The translations under genes and the position numbers were made by a program. A DNA stretch of 63,817 nucleotides, the filler included, from Octopus bimaculoides (taxonomy: Eukaryota), in assembly GCF_001194135.2 (NCBI RefSeq). It is 4 parts of 4 records of this genome, joined end to end, with 100 filler letters (N's around TTAATTAATTAA, not from the genome) between each part and the next. Parts side by side here need not be neighbours in the genome. Positions count along the whole stretch, not along the records: positions 20,000 to 50,334 come from NC_068986.1; 3 more parts are not named here. One strand, given 5' to 3'. The notes beneath the pieces were generated by a model. It saw only the letters and a list, made by a program, of their open reading frames with translations. It made no database searches and was not told the DNA's origin. Of the stretch, positions 24,781 to 38,090 are shown one piece after another. Each line of letters starts with the position of its first letter. The first letter of the stretch is position 1.

Positions 24781-27700
24781 ACGTGTGTAAATGTAGGAAG
24801 ATAAAGATACACATGATAGCATATATGCGTACAAAATAAGAATATTTAATAACAATGATGGTAATAATAATAATGGTGATAACAATAATATCAATAATGA
24901 TGATGATAATGATAATCTTGATGATATAAATACTTCGCCATAAATGCTTGTATGAATTAAAATACTATAAATTAATGATTAGCATCAATGCTAAGCAACA
25001 TCCAACAGAATTTATACACCACACTGTAATGAAAAGTAAATAGACTCTTTATCTACAGTAATCTCTGCAAGCAAAATATTCGGTGCAATTTAATCCACCG
25101 ATATAATCTCTTTCTTAATATTAGACTTATACTCACATCTTTATTCAGGCAACTGGCTATGCATTTACAGCAGAAAATGTTATTTAGGGTGAATCTCATG
25201 GTGTTGCATATAATAAAACTCATAGAAGAAATCCGAGCTTCATCAGCATTATACAAATACATCGTCACGTCCAAATCTAGTGCGAAAATTAAAAGGGTAA
25301 ATACACGTTAGATTATACCATTGTACATCATCCAAGAATCTACGATAAGAGATAACTATATGATAAACTGCTAACATATATATACATGTATGTGTATGTG
25401 CGTGTATGTGTTTGAGTATGTGTGAATGTGTGGGTGAGGTTAATGAGAGGATGGGAAACAAAATGACAGAGAGACAGAGTAAACCATTTAAAGAGAACCT
25501 CAGGTTTTATTGGAAAAGTCATGAAGTAATAAATTAGGCAATGGTTAAACAAATAGATTTCTCCGTCAATTGTTAAATATTCATGTCTAAAACACATAAC
25601 TCCTAAGGAACGTTCACCGCTTTTTAAATAAGAGGTGTACCGAGTAGAAATACTGTTTATCTCTCTCTCCCTTTGACACGCACTCACCCCCTCTCTCTCA
25701 CATACAAACACAAACACACACGCATATACGTTCGCGTACACGCACGTATGCACATACACAAAAACCTACACGCATACATATTTTCAGAGCTGTCAGGAAT
25801 TCTCCTATGCTTTGTGGAATAAATTTCTTGATTACAAAAGAAATATTCTTCGCCTAAGGAAAGGAGAATTCATAAAAACCCATACGTAGCAAAAGGTACA
25901 GGTGGAAGCCAGTTTGTGAAACTCTATTTCAGCATCTACTTAATAATAATATACTCCTCTAAAAATAATTAACTAAAAGTGATTATAACTATATTGTTGC
26001 TGCTTAAAATGACAATATAATTAAAGATGTCATGGGGTCAATTAAGATGAAGATGGGTCCAATGGAAACGAAAACATTTTTCTGGTTATACATGACACAT
26101 AGAATTAAATGCAGCATTTATCGTGTTGCAGCTGGTTATCGGTTAATGGTCTTAAACAATTGAGTGCTAAATAATTTGGCTATATATACAATTTAAACGT
26201 TAGTAACTATTTGCTGAATTTTTTTTCCAGGTACTCAAAAAACTACAATAACTACTCTTTGTACAGCAAAAAAGAAGTATACAACAAAAGTAAAATTGTA
26301 TAATATAATCATATTCTATGTAGGTTCAGTCTCTGTTATGAAATTCATAGATTTCTAATTAAAACAATTAATTAGATAAAATAGTGAAAAAGTTTCCAAC
26401 TTCATGTTACTACTATTCCTAGCCACTGGTCGTGCCTTGTTAAAGGTAACTTCATGGTTTCTGTGTTGTCGTCGGCTTCTATTAAATCTGACTATGAAGA
26501 CAAGGAGGTTTTGCTTACTTCTAGTGTGGTTATTCCTGGAGCTATGACCGATGTTGCTGTGGAAAGAGGTTGGTAACAGTACAAAGTGCATATATTTGCT
26601 TCAAGATTAATGTTGAAACAAGTATGTGAATATTGTGTTCCTACACAAACACGAACATACCTTTATTTCTTATAATTTCATATCACATACGTAAGAAGAG
26701 TGATATTTTCGTCATAAAGTAATAAGATGTGCCATTCAGTCTTCATGCTCGATATTAGCTTCATAATTGCAAGGACATAGCTGCAAATGGGATTGAAGGT
26801 AACATTGTATAGTCTGTTCGATAAAGAGTCGGGAAACTTACAAAATGGCATTTAGTACAAGACACAGAGGCTGTAGTTGAAATAGTAAAAGCTGCTGGTG
26901 TTGTCTTTCTTTAATTTTCAACCACCGAAGGTTGGCAATAGTAGATATAGCAATAATATTTTTGGAACGAATTTAACCCACGGTAAGTCTGGCTTCTCCG
27001 TAGTGAACTTCGGTTAGTTCTAAAATCAACATAAAAACAAAATGACACGAAATGTAGACAATTAAATTAAATGTAGTTTCATTCCTTCTATTCTGCGCCA
27101 TTCTACATTCAATCCTTCTACATTCAGTGGTTAATTCCCACCGGAGTCGATTTAATATTTCATGATTTCGAAGACAATAAAATAAGCTCCGGTAATAACT
27201 AATCGTTTGTATCTGTTACATTCTAAACAAGTAATGCTATAATCTGTAAAGTGTTAAAACTTTAAGACTATTTCAGAAAAAATAAATGTTCACAGCCTGT
27301 TGAAACTCGACGTCAGTAACCCGAGTTATTGACAAGTTTATCATAAATTTTTGGCCTCATTGTCTGGCCGAGAGCATGTTAAAAAGAAGGCCAGTTGTAA
27401 GATAATAGAAGGTTAGTTTTTAAACTGCAAGAATACTTGGATTGTTGCAGTCAGAAAGGATACCCGACAGATAATCAATATCCTGCAGGCGCTAACTTTG
27501 GCAACTTACAATAATTATCGACATTCTTCCGTTGCTGTAGGTAGAAATAAGAATTTAGATGGGATATTTATACCCAATGCAACTAGGTTTTTTTAATCAG
27601 TTTTATTGGTCTTTAAATTTGACAATCTATGACATGTTTGACATTTGCTTTAGTGTTTAAATATACATAAAAATATACATATACACACATATATAGGCGT

Positions 27701-28080
27701 GTATAAATCAATGTACATACATATATACATGCATGCATGTAGGTAAATATATATGAATATATGAATGTATATATATATATATNNNNNNNNNNNNNNNNNN
27801 NNNNNNNNNNNNNNNNNNNNNNNNNNNNNNNNNNNNNNNNNNNNNNNNNNNNNNNNNNNNNNNNNNNNNNNNNNNNNNNNNNNNNNNNNNNNNNNNNNNN
27901 NNNNNNNNNNNNNNNNNNNNNNNNNNNNNNNNNNNNNNNNNNNNNNNNNNNNNNNNNNNNNNNNNNNNNNNNNNNNNNNNNNNNNNNNNNNNNNNNNNNN
28001 NNNNNNNNNNNNNNNNNNNNNNNNNNNNNNNNNNNNNNNNNNNNNNNNNNNNNNNNNNNNNNNNNNNNNNNNNNNNNNTA

Positions 28081-28215
28081 TTTCTTTCTGTCGAAGAGCG
28101 TTGGCTCGAAACGTAAACGTTTTTTCCATTTTTCCCGAGAGTCATATTAATACACTTGCTTATTGTTCCTACACCTGTCTTCGACTTTGTCTTTCTATAA
28201 ATTTAAATTATAAAT
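28081..28215 (+). mobile_element. Short PLE-type terminal repeat, same family as 40.8 kb
   Basis: CTGTCGA-AGAGC-GTTG-GCTC-GAAACGTAAACGTT followed by the shared tail (cccgag...taatacac...acctgtcttcg). Confidence 0.6.
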
Positions 28216-28319
28216 ATATATATATGTGTGTGTGTGTGTGTGTTTGTGCGTTTGTGTGTTTGTGTGTATGTGTGTGTGCGTGTGTGTGTGTGTGTGCGTG
28301 TGTGTGTGTATATACTTAT

Positions 28320-28500
28320 GTGCGTGTGTTGACAACTGGTGTTGATATGTTTATGTTCCTGTAACCTTAGCGGTTCAGCAAAAGAGTCCGATATAAGTGT
28401 CAGGCCTCAAAAGTTTTTAAAGAATGTACTGGGGTCGATTGATTCAACTAAAATTCTTCAAGGCAGTGTTCCTGTATGGCTGCAGTCTGTCAATACATGC
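28320..28500 (+). mobile_element. SINE 3' half, dominant family
   Basis: TTGACAACTGGTGTTG...TAACCTTAGCGGTTC...GGGGTCGATT. Confidence 0.7.
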
Positions 28501-28519
28501 ATACATGCACTGCTGCAGC

Positions 28520-29390
28520 AAGAACGTTCAACCCTTGAAAATAGTTCTTCTCCTCTTCTATGTGCTGCTCTCATTGCGAGTAACCTCCTACATTCTAACA
28601 AAATTTGAAGATTCTTCTAGAAAATTTGAAACTCAAAGGGGCAAGGAACAAAAGAACCAACGAGCCTTATGTTGGCTTAAAGAATGTCATAACCAAATTC
28701 AGTACCAATTTGGAACAAGACTTCTAGTTGGTAATGCACTAGTGACGAACGATATGATGCAGGACGATATGATGCTTTCATTGTCCTGTGTGCATTGTGG
28801 GCAGGTTCCGTGTGCATTTTGTAATTCCTTGCACGTACGTTTAATGCAGTGAACCTGGGCACAACTGCTATGCCAAGGACTTATAGAAATTGCCCATCGC
28901 ACCTGATTTGAAAATTTCAAAAAAGACTGCTCCCACTGCCCTCGTCAACGTTCGGAGTCACTCCTATACCATCATCGCCGATGGCGTTGCCCAGCTGAAG
29001 TAGTGTTATGGGGGATTGGCAACATTTTAGATGCCAGTCTTCCGACATTTCTCAGTCTAATTTTGACCCATGATAACAGATCGCGCAAAGAGACGATTTG
29101 AAGAGAGATATGTTGCCACCGGATTTCCTCACACGTCTCTTTCATAAAAAGCAGAGAAAAATTCACATCAGTCTGGCCGCATGTTCACCAAAGTAAGGTA
29201 CAAAGACTGTGCGGAAGTACACTACCGAAGTGATATTAGGATATTAAGCATTTCCACCCGATATTTCATAGACAACTTCCTTTCTGCCATTTCTGAGTGA
29301 CGTAGACCACCTTGCTCGTGAACAGGCCGCGAACACTTTAATCGAACTTGTGGTCCAACGGCAGGAATCTTTGCTGGTCGGAATGGATTA
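28520..29390 (-). mobile_element. Degenerate Tx1/L1-like LINE ORF2 C-terminal fragment
   Basis: Minus frames give ...KCSRPVHEQGGL..., W.QSF....H.......GTCPQCTQDNESI....; many stops and frameshifts. Confidence 0.55.
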
Positions 29391-29399
29391 TCCCTGCTC

Positions 29400-29791
29400 G
29401 AAGAGGAGTAGGAGAAAGAAGAGAAAGGAGAAGCAGAGAGTAGAAGTAGCAGCAATAAGAGCGGAAGAGGAGGGGGAGGGGGAGGAGGGGAGAAGGAACA
29501 ACAAGAAGAAGAAAAAAGAAGAAGAAAAAAGAAGAAGAAGAAGAAGAATAAAAGACAAAAAGACAAAGAAAAGGAAAAGAAAAGGAAGACGTAAAAGTGG
29601 AAGAAGAAAAAAAGACGAAATCAAAGAAACTGAAATGGACGAAAACGAAAAGAGTATGGAGTGAAAGAACAGGAAGGAGAAGAGAAAGAATTATGAGAAG
29701 GAAGAAGGAGGAGAAGGGTGAAGAGGAGAAGAAGGAGGTGAAGAAGAAGAAGAAGAAGAAGAAGAAGAAGAAGAAGAAGAAGAAGAAGAAG

Positions 29792-29822
<31 letters not shown>

Positions 29823-29830
29823 CAAAAATG
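29400..29830. repeat. Purine-rich low complexity ending in a long (AAG)n tract
   Basis: Read directly; explains the poly-K and poly-F ORFs. Confidence 0.95.
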
Positions 29831-30259
29831 AAGGAAACGACGAAATAGACAAAGAAAACTATGATTACAAGTCTAGGAATGCTGCTTTGAGCCAAATAAA
29901 AGAATACATTACATACTATTGAAAGTATTGGAATATTGAAATAATTTATGGCTTTAAAGTAGAAACTATCATTGTAACACGAAAATATTTGCAAACGCTC
30001 AAAACATAAAACTTCATTATACTGCATCACTATGGTGGACCTAAGTATAACACAGCACAATATCTAATGACTGTCTCAATATTTCATCTAACTTCGACGA
30101 AACCTACCGTAATTATAGCTGGCAGTCGTTATTTAACTCCCACTAATGTAAGCCTCGTTTTCCGAACACTCTCCTTTTATACACCCCCAAATAATGCACA
30201 CACACACACAAACATACATATGCGCATATACGTGTATATATATATACGCATAAATATAA

Positions 30260-30290
<31 letters not shown>

Positions 30291-32438
30291 TAAACACCGT
30301 CCACGCTGCAATTGTTATATATATATATATACATATATATACATATATTGTTGTGAATATATGAAATATAAATCAATATTTTCTGTACCTAACTTAGATT
30401 ATTAAAGAAAGAAAAGAAAACTAGGAAATATATGAACGTCATAATACTCTATTTTCTTACAATTAAATTTGTGGGACATGATGTTTGGCTAAAATACATT
30501 AATATCTCATATAACTTTCGACCAGTGCAGGCGAAATATTTTCTATCCAGTTGAAATCATTTTTTAGTTCCATGGCCTTCACTACATTCTACACACATAC
30601 ACCTTACACACAAACGCGCATGCTCTCTCTTTCCGCCTTTCTCTCTCACATACGCATACACTCACAATCTATATTTATTTATTAAACTAAGCATAGAGCC
30701 TTCACACTACAGGACAACAGAAAATTATGTAGTCTCAGACCCATGCACCATAACGGATTCTGTTACTGATTTCATACACAAATCTACAAATTTATGGGAT
30801 TTCAAAGATTATAAATGAGATTATGAGACAGTAATGCCTTGCTGAAAGGGAATAGTGATATAGAAATGATGGACAATATATATGCAACACAAAATCGGAA
30901 TTAGGTCGTCGCCACCGTTTGCCACGATCTTACTCGTTTGCCGAAATATCTAGACAAATATAGAGTAATTGAGAAGGAAGTTCTAAACAATAGAATATAC
31001 AGAATTCTTTTTAGCTGCATCGACCAAGCTGTATTTACTAAAAAACATCAATAAGTCACATTCTCTACAAGGTTTTTTATAGAGAATGTGACTTTTGGGC
31101 GTTTTCTAATTATTGTTTTGTATCCTCCTGGGCGAACCCCTTCCATACACATATTACAAGCGCATGCTATACATATACATGTAGAGACTCACGCACTCGT
31201 GTACATATACAAACATATATGTATTACATGCGTATACATACACATATATAGATACTTGCACACAGGCATACACAAACATATACACTTAGATGGAATGTAA
31301 TATTAGCTGCATTGTATAATCAATAAAATGTGTATATGCATGGAACGGAGTCCATATCAATTGAATAGATACAGATTTGTTCAGGGAATTGTATACACCT
31401 TGCTGCATCCTATTTTGTTTCATCTAAAAATATAACACAATATCATTTATATTTAAGGAATATAGAAATATAATGAATACTAACATAAACAGTCTAATTA
31501 AAAATGTTATGAAGCCTCTCACAAAGGCTAGAGGAATCAGAAGTACATTTGTGTGTAATTATATGAAATGTACATATAATTTATTCATATGAAGAATATG
31601 CGTGTATATATGTATGCACGTATATATATATATATATATTAATATAAATATAAGTGTGTTTGTATTTTTGTAAATGTGTGTCTGCGTAGTTTATTCACCG
31701 ATAGGCAAGCAATTACACAAAGACACACATACATATAAATAGTTGTTGCACAACTCTCCCTTTTCTTCCTCAGCTTTCATATCTTCGATTTTTCGGTGAG
31801 GCAAGAACCTTGAAGGTGTGCCTGTCTATTTAGCTGCATGGTTGTCTGTCTATGTATGTATGTATGTATGTATGTATGTATGTATGTATGTATGTATGTA
31901 TGTATGTATGTATGTATGTATGTATGTATGTATGTATGTGAATGGATTGTTGACACTTTGGCTCCTCGTCAGTTTGCTTTATTTGTATACAAAGAACTGT
32001 TTGTTTTTAAACATTTTTTGTCCAAAAGTGGTTTAACATCTGCTTTGACCTAAGCAAATCTTTTAATAGGAAAATCTCCTCTTGAGGGTGAATTTTCAAA
32101 ATCCATAATTTTCTTCGGCATTTTTTCGTCATTTTCATTTAGAAAATGGCTAAATCTAACGAAGAAGCCAGCGTTCCTTTTATTGATTTTCTGGTGCTAC
32201 CGAAGGTAAAGGGAGGGGAAGCTGAAAAGAACGACATTTCGCTTGCTCACACATACACAGACACACACACAACTGAACGATGCACGCACACACAAGAACG
32301 CCAGTCTGGCCGTAGAAAATATGAACAAGGTAAAGACAACAACGTTTACTACTACAAGCACAGCCACCCCCCACTGCTAACACCACCACCACCACGACAG
32401 GCAGTGCGACGACATTCTCGGGGAGGATCTGGGCATCG

Positions 32439-33203
32439 ACGACATCTGACCCGCCTCTTCAGGACAACTTTCGGGCCAGATCCTATGGACAATCACCAGA
32501 AACCCCTGTCCTGGCTGTGCTATCGCGAAGCATTGCCCGTTCGGGATAAGCTCTACAGGCACGGTTCGAGATACACCGGACCGACTTGCCCCAGATGTGG
32601 TCAGAGCGACGAAACCGTTCTACACGCACTCGTGTAGTGTCCAACCATTTCAGACATGTGGGCTTATGCAGAACGGCTGCTGTCATGTGTGGGACGAATT
32701 CGGTTATCGGCCGAGTCTATCGTGAAAATTGCCCCGCCATCTTCCTTTAACCGGGAAGACTAGGCAGTTTCCATTGTACTGGTGGCCATGGTGAAAGAAT
32801 GTGTGTGGTGGACTTGTGCGAAATTTTTAGAGACAAGCACTTTCCCCTCTGGCCAATCGCTAATCAACTTTTTCAAGTACCACTTGAAAAGGAAAGTGAG
32901 AATAGAGAGGCAAGTTTTGTCTCATGAAAGATTCAATAAAAGGTGGGTGAATGTAGCAAAGATGGTACGTGTGAATGATGAAACCATTCTGAGCACGATC
33001 CTGTAAATCCAGGAGAGANNNNNNNNNNNNNNNNNNNNNNNNNNNNNNNNNNNNNNNNNNNNNNNNNNNNNNNNNNNNNNNNNNNNNNNNNNNNNNNNNN
33101 NNNNNNNNNNNNNNNNNNNNNNNNNNNNNNNNNNNNNNNNNNNNNNNNNNNNNNNNNNNNNNNNNNNNNNNNNNNNNNNNNNNNNNNNNNNNNNNNNNNN
33201 NNN

Positions 33204-33237
<34 letters not shown>

Positions 33238-33500
33238 TTGCTCTTGTGTTTTTTTCCCCTGCCTGAGGTTACCGTGGTCTTTTTCGTCGCCTTTTCTTTC
33301 CAAGGATAAACCTAACCTGTTTTTAATATTTTTACTCCCTATTATTGTTTCGCTTTTCACACGTCCCAAACACTTTCGATCCCGTTTGATCGGAACTTTT
33401 TTTCTTTATCTTTTCTTTTCCTCTTTCTTTCGAAAAGAAAAGCTCTACATTGTATTGTCCCCTCTTTGTTCGGCCCTTTGTGGCTAATAAAGAAATCTAT
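32439..33500 (+). mobile_element. Tx1/L1-like non-LTR retrotransposon 3' fragment (zf-RVT plus 3' UTR)
   Basis: LSWLCYREALPVRDKL...TCPRCGQSDETVLHALV*CP..W, continuing to stop 33006. Pyrimidine-rich UTR ends AATAAAGAAATC(TATC/TGTC)n. Confidence 0.85.
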
Positions 33501-35329
33501 CTGTCTGTCTGTCAAATAACAATATAGATCTATAGACGAATGTACGTAAACCGCATACTTTTAAGATTTTGTATACTTATTCTGTATAAGGTAAATTAGT
33601 TGTCAGTGAACACCAACTTTATTTAGTGAAATGTCCAGCCTGTCGTGATCTGTTTATTAGGTAAAAGTGTGTCTCGAACTCAGTGATAATGTTGGAAAAG
33701 CCATCTAAATAGACTTCACCCGTTGCTTTTTACTCATGCTCTGGAAACATAATGCTTCGCTTCTCTATGAATCAATTCTATCAATCCCTATCTTGGAACT
33801 TTTTATACTTAGTTATTCAGCCACATCTAATTTTTTCTTTAAACGCGTATGATACATTTTCAGAGTCATATTTGGGAACAATACTCAAGTTAGAAATACT
33901 CATCCCGGTAGTACCTTTGTTACAGACATTTACCCTTTGAGCATTGTTTCCGCTGCTTGCAGTGTGAACAATAATTTCCTACAAATAAATAGGCTGGATT
34001 AAGAGTAATTTGCTGTGATCGACTTTGAAACAGTGTTGTATTTAAAGCATTGTTGAGGGAACATGAGCTATTGATCTATAGTTATTCATCCTAGTATTTT
34101 TGTTGTTTAGCCCTTGTTTGACTATGAGAGATCTATCTTGGATATTCTGGCACAGAATATTCTGGCATAATCTAACGCGTATCGGAATCGCTAATGTACT
34201 GGTCCTGATCGTACTTTCTGCAAGACGTCTGATGAATTTTAAAGCAAATTAGCCATGAGCATTTTAAGGTTGCATATAATGCATAATTATCCCCTGTGGA
34301 AGACCTCATTGAAGTATTGCTGTGGCATTAGGACTTCTGTTATGCCAACCACCCATTAGCGATCTTCATATCAGTTCTGTAAACTCAAAAGTTTTCTTCT
34401 CAATTCTCTCGTTGTTAACTGTAGTGAGCCGTAACTACCAGGGATCAGATTTGCATAAAGTGAGCCTTAACTTAAATATATCGCATTTCGAGATAAAATA
34501 CTACAAAGCAGTTAACACTAGTAAAATTCTTCTTAAATCCTACAAAAAAGATTTTCTTTGATCGTGGTAGCATTCAGAAGACGCAAGACTAAAGATGCCG
34601 TCACCATCTCATTTTTAGGGATATCTAGAACCACATTTTCTGATGTCTCTTGTCCTTGCTTACAACAGGTCTGACTGGTTTGAGGAAGATTTGGCTGCTA
34701 GTTCGAGTGACCACGCAATGATATCCTCGCCTTACTTCTTTTGTTCGGTAATTGATCGATTCTTCCAGATATGACGCTATAAACATCTTAATGTATAAAA
34801 TAAGTTAACAACTCAGTCATTGTACCACCTTCTATAGGATTGATTATTGCTATTTATTCCCCTTTCATGTTATTCATTCTACACTGGAATAACGATGATT
34901 CATTGTTCATATTTACTTGTTATCGTGTACTGCAATTGTGCTAGACAGTTCAATGTCGGACTTCAGCTATAACAACTATGAGAACAAAAGTCATACATAA
35001 TCTTTTGCAATCAAGAAGTGATTCACGTGACAGAGCACCAGATTGGATATTTTGTTGCATTTAAGTTTCCTTTCACTTATGGTTTTTAGCAATAATATCT
35101 CTAAAAATAAGGAGCGGTAATATTTCACAGAAAATCCAATCCACCATAGAGCATCCACAATAAAAATATCAAAATTATATTTCATTACGTAGAAAGCTTC
35201 AAAATGTGAGAGGTAAATGAAAAGTAGTTAATTGTTATTTAATTTTTATCATGTTCGGAAAACATGCAGTTCACACTTGGACAAATAACAACGGCGGAGC
35301 CTCTACGTAGTTGTTCTATGGTAGTAGTG

Positions 35330-35454
35330 GTAATAGTAGTGGCAGCAGCAGCGTAGTAGTAGTAGTAGTAGTAGTCGTGGTGGTGGTGGTAGTGGCGGTG
35401 ATGGTGGTAGTAGTAGTAGTAGTGGTGGTGGTGGTGGTAGTAGTGGCGGTGATG

Positions 35455-35509
<55 letters not shown>

Positions 35510-35555
35510 CAATAGCAGCAGCAACAGCAGCAGCAACAGCAGCAGCAACAGCACT
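35330..35555. repeat. Compound trinucleotide microsatellite (GTA/GTG/GCA); similar mosaics at 50655-50888 and 52875-53200
   Basis: Read directly. Confidence 0.95.
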
Positions 35556-35809
35556 GTAATAGCGCTTCGCTGCAATCACCATTTGTTGGTGATTCCTTAC
35601 TCCTGGCGGATGACACCTTTGTGTCACTCAAGTGACAACCCTTTAACTCATGGGGTCTGTTTAGTTAGTCGATGCTGGTAAGAGTTTTACGAGATCGGGC
35701 TGTAAATCCTATCTTAGCCTCTTTTAGTCGCTTTTTACAATAGGCAGAGGAAGCGTTGAGCTTATTTTTTGACACGCCGGTCCTCACACATATAATCCAT
35801 TTTATATAA

Positions 35810-36030
35810 GGCTGCAGGTGGCAGAATCGTTAGCTTGCCGGGGAAAATACTTAGCAGCATTTCGTCCAGCTGTGAGTTCTAAATTCAAATGCTGCCGAGG
35901 TCTACTTTGCCTTTCATCATTTCGGATCGATAAGATAAGTACCTGTTGAGTGCTGGCGTCGATGTAATTGACTTAATCCCTTCCCCCAAATGGCTGACCT
36001 GGTGCCAAAATTTGAAACCATTATTATGTA
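35810..36030 (+). mobile_element. Second SINE family
   Basis: GGCAGAATCGTTAGC...CTTTGCCTTTCATC...GATAA...AAGTACC...CCAAAATTTGAAACC. Confidence 0.75.
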
Positions 36031-36731
36031 TGAAAATACATAATACAATGTATTAATCCAGAAGTCATTTCAAACGACACAAAACACAAAAGTGACAAAT
36101 TCAGTTATAGGCGTCTTTAAAAAATGTTATGTAAACGTAGGTCATTTCTGGTTCAGCAGACTCCCGATCAAATCTTTCCTATCTTGAGATTCTAGTTTTT
36201 CATTCAAGCACAACACAACCAGGACTTCATTCTCTAATATGTCCTTCCCTTTCGTCATAAACAGTAGGAGTGATTTGGGGGGATATTTTGGTTGCTCTTT
36301 CTAGCAGGGGTATTGTGGTTGCTCTCTCTAGCTTGTAGAAGCAATACATGATCTATTTTAATGTTTTGTTGACCTGAAAAGCTAGGTCAGGATTTAAACG
36401 GCCTTATTAGAAACCAAGATTATTAAACTGAGTGGTCAGATAAGAGTAAACAATAACAAAGAACAAGAGGCTTTAGCTCTATGTATATCGTTATCGCTTT
36501 TGATCCTACCTTAATGGAGTCATTACCTATTTTAGCAGCTAATTATTAATTACTGTGACTGAATTTAATGAGTGTTTACTTGACTGTATTCAACCAAACT
36601 TAGTACACACTGTTTATTTCTCTTTGGTATCAAGATTTCCCCGTGTATCCCCACTAAGCCACTTTCATGACAACTGGAGTTGTTATCATTGTTTAAATCT
36701 GAACTAAATTACATACATAAACATGTCACTG

Positions 36732-36768
<37 letters not shown>

Positions 36769-37717
36769 AGAAAGAGAGAGGGGAAAGAGAGAGAGAGAAA
36801 GCGAGACGGAGAGAGAGAGAGAGAGTGTGTGTGTGTGTGCAAGAGAGAAAGAATAGAGAATTTGAAAGGATAGATAATGAATTAGTCAGGCAGGATGAGT
36901 TTACATATAGCATTGGGATTTAGAAGCAGCAGAAAGAATGAAAGAGAAGATAATAGAAAGAGAAAGAAGAAAAAACTGAGGGGGAGTCAGAGAGAAAAAG
37001 AGAGAGAGAGTGAGTGANNNNNNNNNNNNNNNNNNNNNNNNNNNNNNNNNNNNNNNNNNNNNNNNNNNNNNNNNNNNNNNNNNNNNNNNNNNNNNNNNNN
37101 NNNNNNNNNNNNNNNNNNNNNNNNNNNNNNNNNNNNNNNNNNNNNNNNNNNNNNNNNNNNNNNNNNNNNNNNNNNNNNNNNNNNNNNNNNNNNNNNNNNN
37201 NNNNNNNNNNNNNNNNNNNNNNNNNNNNNNNNNNNNNNNNNNNNGAGAGAGAGAGAGAGGGGGAGAGAGAGAGGGGGAGAGAGAAAGAGAGAGAGAGGGA
37301 GAAGGGAGAGAGGCAGAGGGGAGAGAGAGAGAGTGGGATTTAAGAGAGGACAGAAGCTGAAATGAGAAGTTGAATGTAAATGGAGAGGGACAGGGTGGGT
37401 TCAGGTATGGCTCAGCAAAGAAATTTGTTTCACAACCACGTAGACTCAGAGTCAATCCTGCTGCAGAGATGAAGTATTTCGACCATCGCTCTTCAGTTCG
37501 ATCAATGCCGTTTGGGTATATATATACATATATACATATATATATATATATAGAGAGAGAGAAACTGTATTTTAGGTATGTCCCTAGTGGCGCCCTATCC
37601 GGCGTCATCCACAGTAAATGCACATTCGTCGCTGGATCTACGTTAGGAATTCCTCGGTGCACGTTGATTATATTCTAAATAATTAATAGGGAAAACAGAG
37701 TATGTTGGAAACTTCAT

Positions 37718-37828
37718 ATATCATAACGATCGTTTCGTCATAATTCTGCACTGCTTCCTAGTGTGTGGGGGACAGTATAATGAATTCCAATGCACCCCGC
37801 AGTGCAGAAAAGCCTCATCAGGTGACAA
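37718..37828 (-). ncRNA. Hammerhead-like motif with 78-nt stem II (left arm of an inverted repeat)
   Basis: Minus strand: TTGTCAC-CTGATGA ... TTCTGCACTG/CAGTGCAGAA ... GAAA-CGATCG-TT. Palindromic stem III; one mismatch at the base of stem I. Confidence 0.65.
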
Positions 37829-37979
37829 CAGGATTCCAAGTTACATAAGTGACATTTCACTCGTAGGCATAGCTAGATGATGTTGGTAGTAATCGCAATT
37901 CAAATACATTAACGATGAATGATGAATGAAGAATGCCTGTGGTATGGTTTATATGACTCATTTAGTTTGGAATCCTGTT

Positions 37980-38090
37980 ACGTCCCCTGATGAGACATTT
38001 CTGCACTGTGGAGTGCATAGGAATTCATTATACTGTTCTCCAACCATCAGGGACCAGTGCAGAATTATGCCGAAGTGATCGTTGTGATAA
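37980..38090 (+). ncRNA. Degenerate hammerhead-like motif (right arm of the inverted repeat)
   Basis: CTGATGA at 37987-37993 and the same long stem II; GAAA is mutated to GAAG at 38072-38075. Confidence 0.5.

Noticed and set aside
26765-26990. Amidase (FAAH2-like) resemblance, DTEAVVEIVKAAGVVFL and SNNIFGT
   Set aside because: Three in-frame stops, a frameshift and imperfect motif spacing. Chance similarity cannot be excluded without a profile search.
29222-30060. Poly-K, poly-F and poly-E ORFs; likewise poly-T/H/Y/V ORFs at 35.2-35.6, 50.6-51.1 and 52.8-54.3 kb
   Set aside because: Translations of simple trinucleotide repeats.
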